Below, piece by piece: positions 23,940 to 36,242 of a DNA stretch of 64,000 nt. Source of the DNA: Eledone cirrhosa (lineage: Eukaryota); assembly GCA_964016885.1 (NCBI GenBank), contig OZ024741.1, positions 22,878,001-22,942,000 of the forward strand, in the 5' to 3' direction. The position numbers and the translations under genes are program-made. Under the pieces are notes generated by a model. It saw nothing but the letters and a program-made list of their open reading frames with translations. It was not told the DNA's origin and searched no databases. The number at the start of each line of letters is the position of its first letter. The stretch's first letter is position 1.

Positions 23940-24058
23940 TACTTCAGTAGCTGGTAGTGGTGGTAGTAGTAGCAGAAGTGGTGGTGATGGTGGTAATAGT
24001 AGTAGTGGTGGTGGTAGTAGTAGCAGTAGTGGTGATGGTGGTACTAATGGTGGTGGTC
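23940..24058. repeat. (GGT/AGT)n degenerate microsatellite
   Basis: GGTAGTGGTGGTAGTAGTAGC... low-complexity tract. Confidence 0.85.
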
Positions 24059-24430
24059 CAATTAAATATCTGTAGAGCTGAGCAACTACCTCTCTCATCA
24101 TCATCATCATCCTTTAAAAACTAATTAACACCTTGTGATGTTATAGCAGATACCATCATCTAAACGTAGGATTGTTAATTTAAATGTTTATAGAATCTTT
24201 ACAAGTGGACAGATCTGTGTGAAAGATTGCAGTAAACTAAAAACTCTAATTTCTTGTGCTGCAGTCATAGTGCTGTTTTATACTTTCTAAGAATGTCTTG
24301 TTAATGTGGTTTCATGAGGTACAGGACATTAAGACTTACAAAAGATGAAGTAAGAAGCAGTGTATGAAGATAGAGAGTTATCAAAATAGAGAGACATGGT
24401 TGGAATGTCTGCAACAGGGTGGACTCTACT

Positions 24431-25112
24431 AAAGATACCTACAGACCAGGTGGTAGTGTTAAGGTCTACAATACAGGGGTAAAGGTACCTACAGACCAGG
24501 TGGTAGTGTTAAGGTCTACAATACAGGGGTAAAGGTACCTACAGACCAGGTGGTAGTGTTAAGGTCTACAATACAGTGGTAGAGGTACCTACAGACCAGG
24601 TGATAGTGTTAAGGTCTACAATACAGGGGTAAAGGTACCTACAGACCAGGTGGTAGTGTTAAGGTCTACAATACAGGGGTAAAGGTACCTACAGACCAGG
24701 TGGTAGTGTTAAGGTCTACAATACAGGGGTAAAGGTACCTACAGACCAGGTGGTAGTGTTAAGGTCTACAATACAGGGGTAAAGGTACCTACAGACCAGG
24801 TGGTAGTGTTAAGGTCTACAATACAGGGGTAAAGGTACCTACAGACCAGGTGGTAGTGTTAAGGTCTACAATACAGGGGTAAAGGTACCTACAGACCAGG
24901 TGGTAGTGTTAAGGTCTACAATACAGGGGTAAAGGTACCTACAGACCAGGTGGTAGTGTTAAGGTCTACAATACAGGGGTAAAGGTACCTACAGACCAGG
25001 TGGTAGTGTTAAGGTCTACAATACAGAGGTAAAGGTACCTACAGACCAGGTGGTAGTGTTAAGGTCTACAATACAGTGGTAGAGGTACCTACAGACCAGG
25101 TGGTAGTGTTAA
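24431..25112. repeat. 50-bp minisatellite, ~13.6 copies
   Basis: AAAGGTACCTACAGACCAGGTGGTAGTGTTAAGGTCTACAATACAGGGGT at an exact 50-bp period, nearly invariant. Confidence 0.98.
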
Positions 25113-25235
25113 CTTCTGAGTTCAAATCCCACCAAGGTTAACTTTGCCTTTCATCCTTACGGGGTCGATAAAATAAAGTACCAGTAATGCACTGGGTAAT
25201 TGCTGGCCTTGTGCCTAACGTAGAAACAATTATTA
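25113..25235 (+). mobile_element. tRNA-derived SINE, 3' part
   Basis: B-box-like GAGTTCAAATCC then CTTTGCCTTTCATCCTTA.GGGGTCGATAAAATAAAG; same family as 34422-34595. Confidence 0.75.
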
Positions 25236-25261
25236 TACAGACAATAAAAAAGGAAGTGTCA

Positions 25262-25462
25262 TCAACCTACATTCTTCATGCCCCAAGAAAGATAATCTGG
25301 ATTAGTAGCAGCATGGTATTCATCCACTAATTGTTGTAAAACTTCTCTGGAAGCATCAAATTCTGATAAATCATCATGGAACATAGGTTCTTTTTTAAAT
25401 GCTTCCATAAAAGCTTCTCGTTTCCGCAGTTTGTCATAATGTGACATGGTCCTTTCAAATAG
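25262..25462 (-). CDS. TUBG1: Gamma-tubulin, last (or penultimate) coding exon
   Basis: CAG acceptor at 25463-25465; [66 protein letters not shown] matches the gamma-tubulin C-terminus. Confidence 0.95.
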   Translation of the reverse strand, partial: LFERTMSHYDKLRKREAFMEAFKKEPMFHDDLSEFDASREVLQQLVDEYHAATNPDYLSWGMKNVG

Positions 25463-25878
25463 CTGCAATAAAATAAAAATAATAGAAAACATTGAGAGCA
25501 AACATAAAGAGTCATTTCTATATTTATACTCTCGGGTCCCATGATATAGGGGATGGAGGTGGGATAACGATAATTTTTCTATGTTGTCTCCCTTGATATT
25601 TTTAAAAACCAGAATTAGTTGTTTAGTTTACATTGACCCCCAACCCATCCTATAAATAAAATCTTGCTGGAGATAGATTAGCAAAATTTAATAAGGTATA
25701 GGGGGTGGGGTGAATATATAAGATTTACTGTTAGCAGAACAATCTAGAGAATTAATTAACTTAGAGATGGGATCCAATTGAAAGAGAAGTGTTAAGATAT
25801 GTCATACAAAGAGCATGGAAGTTGTCTACATTTATATATTTCATGGGGAGTTACTTTTAGTGATAATTAAACAACATA

Positions 25879-26055
25879 TGAGGGTCAGCTGAAAAGTTCA
25901 TAGGCTGAGTATGAAGGAGTGATGTTAGAGCTATGAAATCTTGCATGCATTAATAACTGCATTGTTTCTTTCTAGGGACAATGTCGAAAAATAAACCTCA
26001 TTTGATCATTCCATGAGTATCTTGGTTAGCCTATGAACTTTTCAGCTGACCCTTG
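25879..26055. mobile_element. Mariner-type MITE
   Basis: 26-bp perfect inverted repeat AGGGTCAGCTGAAAAGTTCATAGGCT, flanked by TA on both sides. Confidence 0.9.
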
Positions 26056-26116
26056 TAGACCATATTTTTGATTGTCAAACATTTGAAGCATGAACGAACA
26101 GAAAAGAACTACTAAC

Positions 26117-26278
26117 TGAAGATATACTGGTGTGGTTGGCCAACATGAGACCACTGACTCGATGGGCAGTTAAAATATAAGGAGATTTTCTAGAAAGTGC
26201 AACTTGGATGCTGGCAGGACCCCATGGAATAAACTGTGCCAGCTTACGTTCACGGATTCTCTGCAGACTTTTGTGGAC
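26117..26278 (-). CDS. TUBG1: Gamma-tubulin exon (162 bp)
   Basis: cag|[54 protein letters not shown]|gttagt. Confidence 0.97.
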
Positions 26279-26854
26279 CTGAAAGAATAAAACAAATCAA
26301 TTATTTAAAATTGAAATAAGTATTAGGTTTCCTGTGTATATTAAGATATTGACCACCTAATTAAATCAGAGCCAATATTTGTAAATAAGGAGTTTAGTGA
26401 ATAGAATTGACCCAGTGTATTACTGGCTCCTTAGTGGCTGAAACTGGACTGAATGGTCAAGATCACTTTGCAATCATTAAGTCCCTGGTTCAATCCTACA
26501 GTGTGGCATACATGTGTCATTTACTGCATGTCAACTGAGTGAAATTGGGAAAATGGAAGACTGTCAGATGGACTGTACCTGCCTTGGCACACAGAATCAC
26601 TATCATCATCACTGTTTAATGAGTTAATCTTAAAAATTATCTTATGGGTACATACATCGGTGGAATGCTCAGCCACTTTAACTGTATATCATTTCAAAAT
26701 ATTTTTAATATCATTTCATTTCATAAGGAAACTTTTAAATGACTGCTTCAGAAAATTAAAGACTTGGAGGCAATAACATAAGTTATATATTACAGAAAAT
26801 AATCTAAACAGTCATTTTTACCTAAGTAGGATCTACTTCACCTTTAATATTTAA

Positions 26855-27071
26855 CTCTTTAGTTACCAACCCAGCCAAAACTGGCTCTGGTTCTATGAAA
26901 TAAAGCCACCCATTTTAAATTAAAACCCTCCAACATAATTTTATATACGAACCTTACATTAAGTTACTATCTTAGTAATGAAATAATTAATAATTTTGGT
27001 AAATCCCTCAAAATTCTTATTTTATTAATTAAAATAGAGTGTATTTTGTTAGAAATGCAGTCATGAAAGGG
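26855..27071. mobile_element. TTAA-flanked MITE (second piggyBac-like family)
   Basis: TTAA|CTCTTT...GAAAGGG|TTAA; homologues at ~35406-35680 and ~35903-36194. Confidence 0.75.
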
Positions 27072-27099
27072 TTAATATTGAAATATAGCATATAAGCAA

Positions 27100-28590
27100 T
27101 ATCATCACCGTTTTACGTCCGTTCTTCCATGCTAGCATGGGTTAGACAGGTTGTCCTGTTGTGGGCAGTGTCTGGTCGGCTGACCATGCCTTGCTCATAC
27201 AGGAACTGATTTTGGCTTGATTTCTACAGCTGGATGCCTTTCCTAACACCAACCTCATTTACAGTGAGTGCTGGGTGCTTTTTTTCCGTGGCGCCTACAC
27301 GTCCACTTTACAGTGTGGGCTGGGTGCTTTTTTGCCGTGGCCCCTCCACGACCACCTTACGGTGGGGTGTGTGGGGGCATATTGTCTATATGCTTCAGCT
27401 TGTACCCATGGGAGGTCGGGTACTCTGTATTACTGCGTGACGCCAGAGGTCACGGTCGTGAGAGGTGTAACTGGGTAAGGTCGGCCCCTATCACCTCATC
27501 CCAGGACTTCTTGGGTCTCCCCACTCCGCGGCTTCCATTGACTTCTAGTGCTCTGCACCTTTTTATGCAGCTGTCATCCTTCATACGCATCACATGTCCA
27601 TACCAACGCATCCGCCTCTCCTGCACACAGCATTTGATTCCTCTGATGCTCAGTCTCTCTCTCAATTCATTTATGCTTTGCCGTTCGCGTATATTACTAT
27701 TACACATCCATCGGAGCATGCAGGCTTCGTTTCTTTCTAATCTACGTAAGTCTTCCACCTTCAGCGCCCAGGTCTCACTACCATATAACATTGCTGTTCG
27801 GATACACGCATCATACAGTCTGCCTTTCATTTTGAGGGAGAAGCCTTTTGCAGCTAGCAGTGGCAGTAGTTCCCTGAACTTCTTCCATCCCGTTCTTACC
27901 CTAATTATTGTACTTTCTGAACACCCACCTCCGCTGCTAATTCGGACACCTAGGTAGCAGAAGCTGTCTACTGTTTCTACAGAGCCCTCCCAGAGATTGG
28001 TGGTACTTGTTTCCTGTGGCTGTTTGCTGCTTGCTGTCTCAGCACAGCTGCTACATGTGAAGCCTACATTTTTAATTAAGCTTCCTGAGATCCCGCTACA
28101 TCTCTTGTGTACCCATTGTTTGCATTTGGGGCAAAGAATGGAGTTCCTACCTACACCTTTCCTACATACTGAGCAAGGCCATTTCCCTGAGGGGATCTGG
28201 GTTCTGTTTTCTCGTCTACTTACAAGGACCTTAGTCTTTGTCATGTTGACTTTGAGACCCTTTCTTTCTAGTTCTACCATAGATTCAGCTATAAGTGCGA
28301 GGTCATCAGCATACAGGAGTTCCCAAGGGCATCCGGTCTTAAACTCCTCCATTATTGCCTGCAGGACTATGATGAACAGGAGAGGGCTAAGAACAGAGCC
28401 CTGGTGGACCCCAACCTGTACGCTAAATTCCTCACTATACTCATTGCTAATCCTAACTTTGCTGACTGCTCCCCTATACATGGCTTGTACAGCTTTCACG
28501 AGTCATTCATCTATTCCTAGTTTTCTTAGAGCCCACCAGATTACAGCACGTGGAACTCTGTCAAAGGCTTTCTTGAGATCGACAAATGCC
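27100..28590 (-). mobile_element. 5'-truncated RTE LINE (subfamily B) in a gamma-tubulin intron
   Basis: ORF 27450-28499 with GVHQGSVLSPLLF, LLYADD, PHD-like finger, RWYGHVMR; 3' UTR matches 15860-16150. Confidence 0.93.
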
Positions 28591-28617
28591 AGAGAATAAT
28601 TTAAATGGTCATTTTAC

Positions 28618-28770
28618 CTGTGTAGGATCTACTTCTCCTTGAATAATATTCAATATTGAAATATAGCAGTGTTTGTCTTGTCTGTGTACAGGTGTGGAGA
28701 CCATCATGTTCTTTGGCTGTAACAACCTCCGCATCACATCAAGGACAGTTGTTTTTCTCACACTGGCAAC
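28618..28770 (-). CDS. TUBG1: Gamma-tubulin exon (153 bp)
   Basis: cag|[51 protein letters not shown]|gtaaaa. Confidence 0.97.
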
Positions 28771-28949
28771 CTGTGTGGAAGGAATCGGTAAGAAAATAAA
28801 TAGAGATGAGAAAAGGAGGAGGAGGAACCAACTGTCAGATTGGACCAGGGAAACAATGTTTCCATTGGTGATACTATTTGTCAGTCACAATTCCTGACAG
28901 AAGGAACAACAAGATATAAAAGTATTTTGCTTGAGAACAATCCTTTCTT

Positions 28950-31900
28950 CAGTCCTAGAATAGAAGCCATGATCTTATGATCACTCCTGGAATAGAAGCC
29001 TTGACCTTATGATCAGTCCTGGAATAGAAGCCATGACCTTATGATCAGTCCTGGAATAGAAGCCACGATCTTATGATCAATCCTGGAATAGAAGCCATGA
29101 CCTTTTGATCAGTCCTGGAATAGAAGACATGACCTTTTGATCAGTCCTGGAATAGAAGACATGACCTTTTGATCAGTCCTGGAATACAAGCCACGATCTT
29201 ATGATCAATCCTGGAATAGAAGCCATGACCTTATGATCAGTCTTAGAATTGAAGCCATGATCTTATGATCAGTCCTAGAATTGAAGTTATGATCTGTCCT
29301 AGAATAGAAGCCACGATCTTATGATCAGTCCTGGAATAGAAGCCATGATATGATCAGTCCTAGAATAGAAGCCACGATCTTATGATTAATCCTGGAATAG
29401 AAGTCATGATCTTATGATCAATCCTGGAATAGAAGTCATGATCTTATGATCAGTCCTAGAATAGAAGCCACGATCTTATGATCAATCCTGGAATAGAAGT
29501 CATGATCTTATGATCAGTCCCGGAATTGAAGCCATGATCTAATGATCAGTCCTAGAATGGAAGCCATGACCTTATGATCAGTCCTAGAATGGAAGCCATG
29601 ACCTGCAGTCATGATCAATCCTGGAATAGAAGTCATGATCCTATGATCAGTCCTGGAATAGAAGCCATGATCTTATGATCAGTCCTAATCTTATGATCTG
29701 TCCTAGAATAGAAGCCACGATCTTATGATCAGTTCTGGAATAGAAGCCATGATCTTATGATCAGTCCTAGAATAGAAGCCATGATCTTATGATCAGTCCT
29801 AGAATAGAAGCCATGATCTTATGATCAATCCTGGAATTGAAGCCATGATCTTATGATCAGTCCTAGAATGGAAGCCATGACCTTATGATCAGTCCTGGAA
29901 TAGAAGTCATGATCTTATGATCAGTCCTAGAATAGAAGCCATGATCTTATGATCAATCCTGGAATTGAAGCCATGATCTTATGATCAGTCCTAGAATGGA
30001 AGCCACGATCTTATGATCAGTCCTGGAATAGAAGCCATGATCTTATGAACAGTCCTGGAATAGAAGCCATGATCTTATGATCAATCCTGGAATAGAAGCC
30101 ATGATCTTATGATCAATCCTGGAATAGAAGCCATGATTTTATGATCAGTCATGGAATTGAAGCCATGAGTTTATGATCAGTCATGGAATTGAAGCCATGA
30201 GTTTATGATCAGTCCTAGAATGGAAGCCATGACCTTATGATCAGTCCTAGAATTGAAGTCATGATCTTATGATCAGTGCTAGAATTGAAGTCATGATCTT
30301 ATGATCAATCCTGGAATAGAAGTCATGATCTTATGATCAGTCCTGGAATAGAAGTCACGATCATATGATCAGTCCTGGAATAGAAGCCATGATCCTATGA
30401 TCAGTCTTGGAATTGAAGTCATGATCTTATGATCAATCCTGGAATAGAAGTCATGATCTTATGATCAATCCTAGAATTGAAGTCGACTTCTATTCCAGGA
30501 CTGATCATAAGATATGATCAGTCCTGGAATTGAAGACATGATCTTATGATCAGTCCTAGAATTGAAGCCATGATCTTATGATCAGTCCTAGAATAGAAGC
30601 CATGATCTTATGATCATTCCTAGAATTGAAGCCATGATCTTATGATCAGTGCTCGAATAGAAGCCATGATCTTATGATCAGTCCTGGAATAGAAGTCACG
30701 ATCTTATGAACAGTCCTGGAATAGAAGCCACGATCTTATGATCAGTTCTGGAATAGAAGCTATGATCTTATGATCAGTCCTGGAATAGAAGCCATGATCT
30801 TATGATCAGTCCTAGAATAGAAGCCATCATCCTATGATCAGTCCTAGAATTGAAGCCATGATCTTATGATCAGTTCTGGAATAGGAGTCATGATCTTATG
30901 ATCAGTTCTGATCTTATCAGTCCTAGAATTGAAGCCATGATTTTATGATCAGTTCTGGAATAGAAGCTATGATCTTATGATCAATCCTGGAATAGAAGTC
31001 ATGATCTTATGATCAATCCTGGAATAGAAGCCATGATCTTATGATCAGTCCTGGAATTGAAGCTATATGATCTGTCCTAGAATGGAAGCCATGACCTTAT
31101 GATCAGTCCTAGAATAGAAGCCACGATCTTATGATCAGTCCTGGAATAGAAGCCATGATCTTATGATCAGCCCTGACCTTATGATCAGTCCTGGACGAGA
31201 AGCTATGATCTTATGATCAATCCTAGAATTGAAGTGATGATCTTATGATCAGTCCTGGAATAGAAGCCATGATCTTATGATCAGCCCTGGAATAGAAGTC
31301 ATGATCTTATGATCAATCCTAGAATTGAAGTCATGATCTTATGATCAGTCCTGGAATAGAAGCCATGATCTTATCAGTCCTGGAATTGAAGCTATGATAT
31401 GATCTGTTCTAGAATGGAAGCCATGACCTTATGATCAGTCCTAGAATTGAAGTCATGATCTTATGATCAGTCCTAGAATTGAAGTCATGATCTTATGATC
31501 AATCCTGGAATAGAAGTCATGATCTTATGATCAATCCTGGAATAGAAGTCATGATCTTATGATCCGTCCTAGAATAGAAGCCATGATATGATCAGTCCTG
31601 GAATAGAAGTCATGATCTTATGATCAGTCCTGGTATAGAAGTGATGATCTTATGATCAGTCCTGGAATAGAAGCCATGATCATATGATCAGTCTTAGAAT
31701 TGAAGCCATGATACTATGATCAGTCCTAGAATGGAAGCCCTGACTTTATGATCAGTCCTAGAATTGAAGTCATGATCTCATGATCAGTCCTGGAATAGAA
31801 GCCATGATCTTATGATCAGTCCTGGAATAGAAGCTATGAACTTATGATCAGTCCTGGAATAGAAGCTATGATCTTATGATCAGTCCTGGAATTGAAGTTA

Positions 31901-32439
31901 TGATATGATCTGTCCTAGAATGGAAGCCATGACCTTATGATAAGTCCTAGAATTGAAGTCATGATCTTATGATCAGTCCTAGAATTGAAGTCATGATCTT
32001 ATGATCAGTTCTAGAATTGAAGTCATGATCTTATGATCAGTCCTAGAATTGAAGTCATGATCTTATGATCAGTCCTAGAATAGAAGCCATGATCCTATGA
32101 TCAATCCTAGAATTGAAGTCATGATCTTATGATTAGTCCTAGAATAGAAGCCATAATCCTATGATCAGTCCTGGAATAGAAGTCATGATCTTATGATCAG
32201 TCCTAGAATGGAAGCCATGATCTTATGATCAGTCCTAGAATGGAAGCCATGATCTGATGATCAGACTTAGAATTGAAGCTATGATCTTATGATCAGTCTT
32301 AGAATTGAAGCCATGATCTTATGATCAGTCCTAGAATGGAAGCCATGACCTTATGATCAGTCCTAGAATGGAAGCCATTGTCTTATGATCAGTCCTAGAC
32401 TTGAAGCCATTGTCTTATGATCAGTCCTAGAATTGAAGC
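28950..32439. repeat. 32-bp intronic minisatellite, ~109 copies
   Basis: Consensus CAGTCCT(G/A)GAATAGAAGCCATGATCTTATGAT, moderately diverged; one inverted unit at 30485-30513. Confidence 0.98.
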
Positions 32440-32442
32440 ATA

Positions 32443-32950
32443 ATTTTTCTAGGTTGTCCCGGTTGATTTTTTTTAAATACCAGAATTAGTCATTTAGTTT
32501 ACATATTGAGACCCCAACCCATCCTATTTATTTTATAACATGGGATTTCTAGTAATGTACTTCTTTGTCGGGTATAATGTTTTTTAATCATCATAATCAT
32601 TTTATGTCCCCTTTTCCCTGCTTGCAAGGGTGGGATGGGTCCTATTCAGTACAGCATCTCTCCACTTGTCATGGTCACTCATCATCTCCACTGTGAGCTT
32701 CAGCAATCTGAGGTCTGCTCTCACCACCTCCGCCTTTGTTTTCTGTGGTCTTCCTCCAACTGGCATTTCTTGGCACTTCTTTATTAATGTATAAAGAAAA
32801 TTATCGCAAGAATGCTACCACTTAAAATTTCGTCAGAGATAGATTACCAAAATGAAATAAGCAGTGGAGGGGGGTGGGGTGAAGGAGCATTGGAAAAATA
32901 TGAAAAATTAATAGGGGGTAGGGGAAGGGGGGTTATTCAAGACCTGAGAG
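32443..32950. mobile_element. TA-MITE (same family as 3868-4407) with a nested RTE tail fragment at ~32588-32780
   Basis: Reverse-complement homology to 3868-4100; ends GACCTGAGAG|TA. Confidence 0.65.
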
Positions 32951-33071
32951 TACAGAGAAAAATAAAGAATATAAAGAGATAGTTGAAATACTCAGGAAAA
33001 AATAGGTGAATACTACAATGGAGATAGCTAATAAAAAATGAGAGGAAATATAAAGTAAAAGGTGTATTTAC

Positions 33072-33221
33072 ATGTGGGTCAGTTGTTAATGGTGTATAAC
33101 CAGTCATTAAGAAATGAAGTCGTGGTGTAGGAATAAGAGAAGCTATCAAACCAACAAGATCATTGTTCATATATCCAGGGTACCTCAGTGTTGCTGTACT
33201 TGTTGACATCACTATTGACAC
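33072..33221 (-). CDS. TUBG1: Gamma-tubulin exon (150 bp)
   Basis: cag|[50 protein letters not shown]|gtaaat. Confidence 0.97.
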
Positions 33222-33300
33222 CTGTAAGTATAAAGAAAGAGATGGAGAATATTGTTTTTACCATTACATGGATTACTAAAATTAAGAAAAGTATCTAGAG

Positions 33301-34218
33301 CAGTCATGGGCAACCTGTTTTCTGAATGGCTCGCCTAAGTCACATCATCATCATTTTACGTTTGCTTTTCCCTGCTTGCAAGTGTTGGGATGGATCCTAT
33401 TCAGCACGGCATCTCTTCACTTGTCATGGTCCTTCGTCATCTCCTCTCTGAGCTTCAGCGATCTGAGGTCCGCTCTCACCACCTCCGCCCATGTTTTTCG
33501 TGGTCTTCCTCTACTGCGTTTTCCTTCTACTGGCATTTCTTGGCACTTCTTTACCCAGCGGTCATCCTCCATGCGCATCACATGTCCATACCATCTCAGC
33601 CTTCTCTCCTGCACACTAGTTTATCTCTCTCAATTCATCCATGCTTGGCTGTTCACGCATACTGACATTACACATCCAGTGGAGCATGCTTGCCTCATTT
33701 CTCTCCAGCTGTTGCATATCCTCTGAAGTTGCTACCCATGTCTCACTACCATGCAGCATCGCGCATCTCACACAGGCATCATATAACCGGCCTTTTGTAC
33801 ACAGGGAGAACCTCTTCTTTTTCAGCAGAGGAAGCAGCTCCCTAAACTTCTTCCAACCCATCATTCTAGATACAATGGCCTCGGAACACATCCCTCTCAT
33901 GCTCATCTGATCATCTAGGTACCGGAAGCTATCAACCACTTCTATAGATCCTACCTGCATTTGGAAAATGTGTCTATCACTGCAACTAAGTGAAATCTTT
34001 CTGATTTTTTTACCCCAACTTTTCAGTTGTAATTTATCTTTCTATCATTTTTACGATTGAGGTAAACATGTACAAATTCTGAAGAAACAAATCAAAACAA
34101 CCTGAGTTACCACCCCTTTTTTTTTATGTGGGCATGAATGTAATTTAGTGCTTGTGGCCCGCCTGATCATGAGCCATATCTCATGTGGCCCGCTTCTTGA
34201 AAAGGTTGCCCATGCCTG
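33301..34218. mobile_element. hAT (Charlie-like) non-autonomous element with a nested RTE fragment
   Basis: TIRs CAGTCATGGGCAACCT / AGGTTGCCCATGCCTG; perfect 8-bp TSD ATCTAGAG at 33293-33300 and 34219-34226. Confidence 0.9.
33343..33985 (-). mobile_element. RTE 3' fragment (third subfamily)
   Basis: VVDSFRYL, GWKKFRELLPLL, MLHGSETW, QERRLRWYGHVMR, GRPRKTW. Confidence 0.88.
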
Positions 34219-34421
34219 ATCTAGAGTTATTTAGATTTTATGTTTGATCAGTTTTCCCCCTCCATACACATGCTTGTGTTTGTCTGTCTATATCATGACT
34301 CATACATTGTTCACTTTCCTGACATTTCTACATTATTCTATGTACTATACATACACCTTTGAGGAGTTGTAGTGCACCTGAACACTGTACATAATAATTT
34401 TCAATGTTATTATTATTATAT

Positions 34422-34595
34422 CAGGACGGTGGATTGGCAGTATTGGTAGGGAGCCGAACAATATGCTTTATGGCATAGGGTTATGTCCCTTTCCGTTCTG
34501 AGTTCAAATCACGCCAAGGTTAGCTTTGCCTTTCATCCTTATGGGGTCGATAAAATAAAGCACTAGTCATGTGCTGAGTTCGATTTAATCAACTT
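34422..34595 (+). mobile_element. tRNA-derived SINE
   Basis: A-box-like TGGCAGTATTGG, B-box GAGTTCAAATC, and a body shared with 25113-25235. Confidence 0.75.
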
Positions 34596-34789
34596 TCATT
34601 ATTATTGTCATTTTTATATGTAACATGTTACTGAGAGCAAGTGAGACAAAAATGACAACGAAAATATAGACATATTGAGTCGTAAGAATGCCATAAGAAG
34701 GAACTATCTCAAGTGGAACCAAGAGAGGAACCAACTATTGAGATTAGATTCAGTACAGTTAGTAAAACTATTAAAGAGACAAAGAAATC

Positions 34790-35170
34790 CTCATTTTTAT
34801 GCCTATTTTTCCATGCTTTTATGAGTTGAATGGGTTCTTCTCAGCACGGCATCTTTCTACTCATCACGTTCCTGTGAGTCTCAGTGATTTGAGGTCAGCT
34901 CTCACCACCTCTTCCCAGGTCTTTCTTGGCCTACCTCTACTGTTACTTCCTTACACTTCTTCACCCATTGGTTATCATGCAGACACATCACATCCAAACC
35001 AACGCAGTCTTCTCTCCTGCACACTGCCTCGGATTCCCAGTTTCTCCAATCTCCGCCTTTCTCTCACACTTACATTGCACATCCAACAGAGCATGGTTGC
35101 TTCATTTCTCTCCAGTCACAGCCCATGTTTCACTACCATGCAGCATCACACTTCACACACAGGCATAGCT
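34790..35170 (-). mobile_element. Old RTE 3' fragment
   Basis: Degenerate homology to 33343-33780. Confidence 0.65.
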
Positions 35171-35786
35171 ATATATATGAAATAGCTGCTCAACTGTTAA
35201 ATCAATCAAGCTAATCAAACAGTGCAAGAAACTGATCTTCTCAATAATTAATAGTATTGATTTCTACCACTAGGACATCACTACAAACTGTAGAAAGCAC
35301 TATAGTCAATATTTACACTATTGACAGATAAAGACATTTTTTTCTGGTTCTCTACCGAATTTCCTATCCATAGCATAACAAATATGTAATCAAGCTTCAC
35401 TTCTTTAACCCTTTAGTAACCAACCCAGCCAAAACCAGTTCTGGTCCTATGAAATAAAACCACCAATTTAAATTAAAATTTTCCAACATAATTTTATATA
35501 AGAACCTTCATCATTATCATCATCGTTTAACATCTATTTTCCACGTTAGGATGGGTAGGATTACATTACATTAAGTTACTATTCTAGTAATGAAATAATA
35601 ATTGAAGTAAATCCCTCAAAATTTTTCATTAATTAATTAAAATAGACTGTACTTCATTAGAAATGTGGTTATCAATGAGATAAACATCTGAGATTTTATA
35701 TAACTGAAAAGTGAAGTCCATATTACTACATCTTTCCTCATTCTAATTAAGTCCAATAATACAAGAAGACAGGTTTCAGAACTCAC

Positions 35787-35873
35787 CAATGAATTGATTT
35801 GACCAAATGTTGGATTCTGGATGCGAAGACGATCAGTTGCAATCCGATGAAGAGCTGTGTTATCTAATACCAC
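35787..35873 (-). CDS. TUBG1: Gamma-tubulin exon (87 bp), the most 5' exon in this window
   Basis: cag|[29 protein letters not shown]|gtgagt. Confidence 0.97.
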
Positions 35874-36242
35874 CTGTAAACATAAGAATAAATGAAATGA
35901 CATTAACTCTTTTGATACAAAACCACCTAAAACACTCTTGCTGTTCTCATACAAAACTGTTTTATTGTATTATAGCTTTAATAAAGTTAGCTTTTTTTAA
36001 ACCTTTTAATACCAAACAGCCTACATCCACTCCTGCTTCTATAATACAAAACTGTTTATTTTAAAGTCTTATATTTATCTAAACACATTTCATCCTAATT
36101 TCATGTAAGAACCTTTGTTATGTTCCAAACACCAACCTAATGTGAAAATCATAGGCAATGTCTTTTATTAGAAATATAGTAATGAAAAGGTTAATACTGG
36201 AAACATCATCATCCTCATCACCATTTAACGTCCATTTTTCCA

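Noticed and set aside
23769-24110. 113-aa Pro/Leu-rich ORF
   Set aside because: Translation of (GGT/AGT)n and (CAT)n microsatellites.
36205-36242. RTE tail remnant at the satellite edge as the array's parent element
   Set aside because: The tail (CATCATC...TTTAACGTCC) is in minus orientation, while the satellite matches the RTE 3' UTR in plus orientation, so it is probably a separate insertion.
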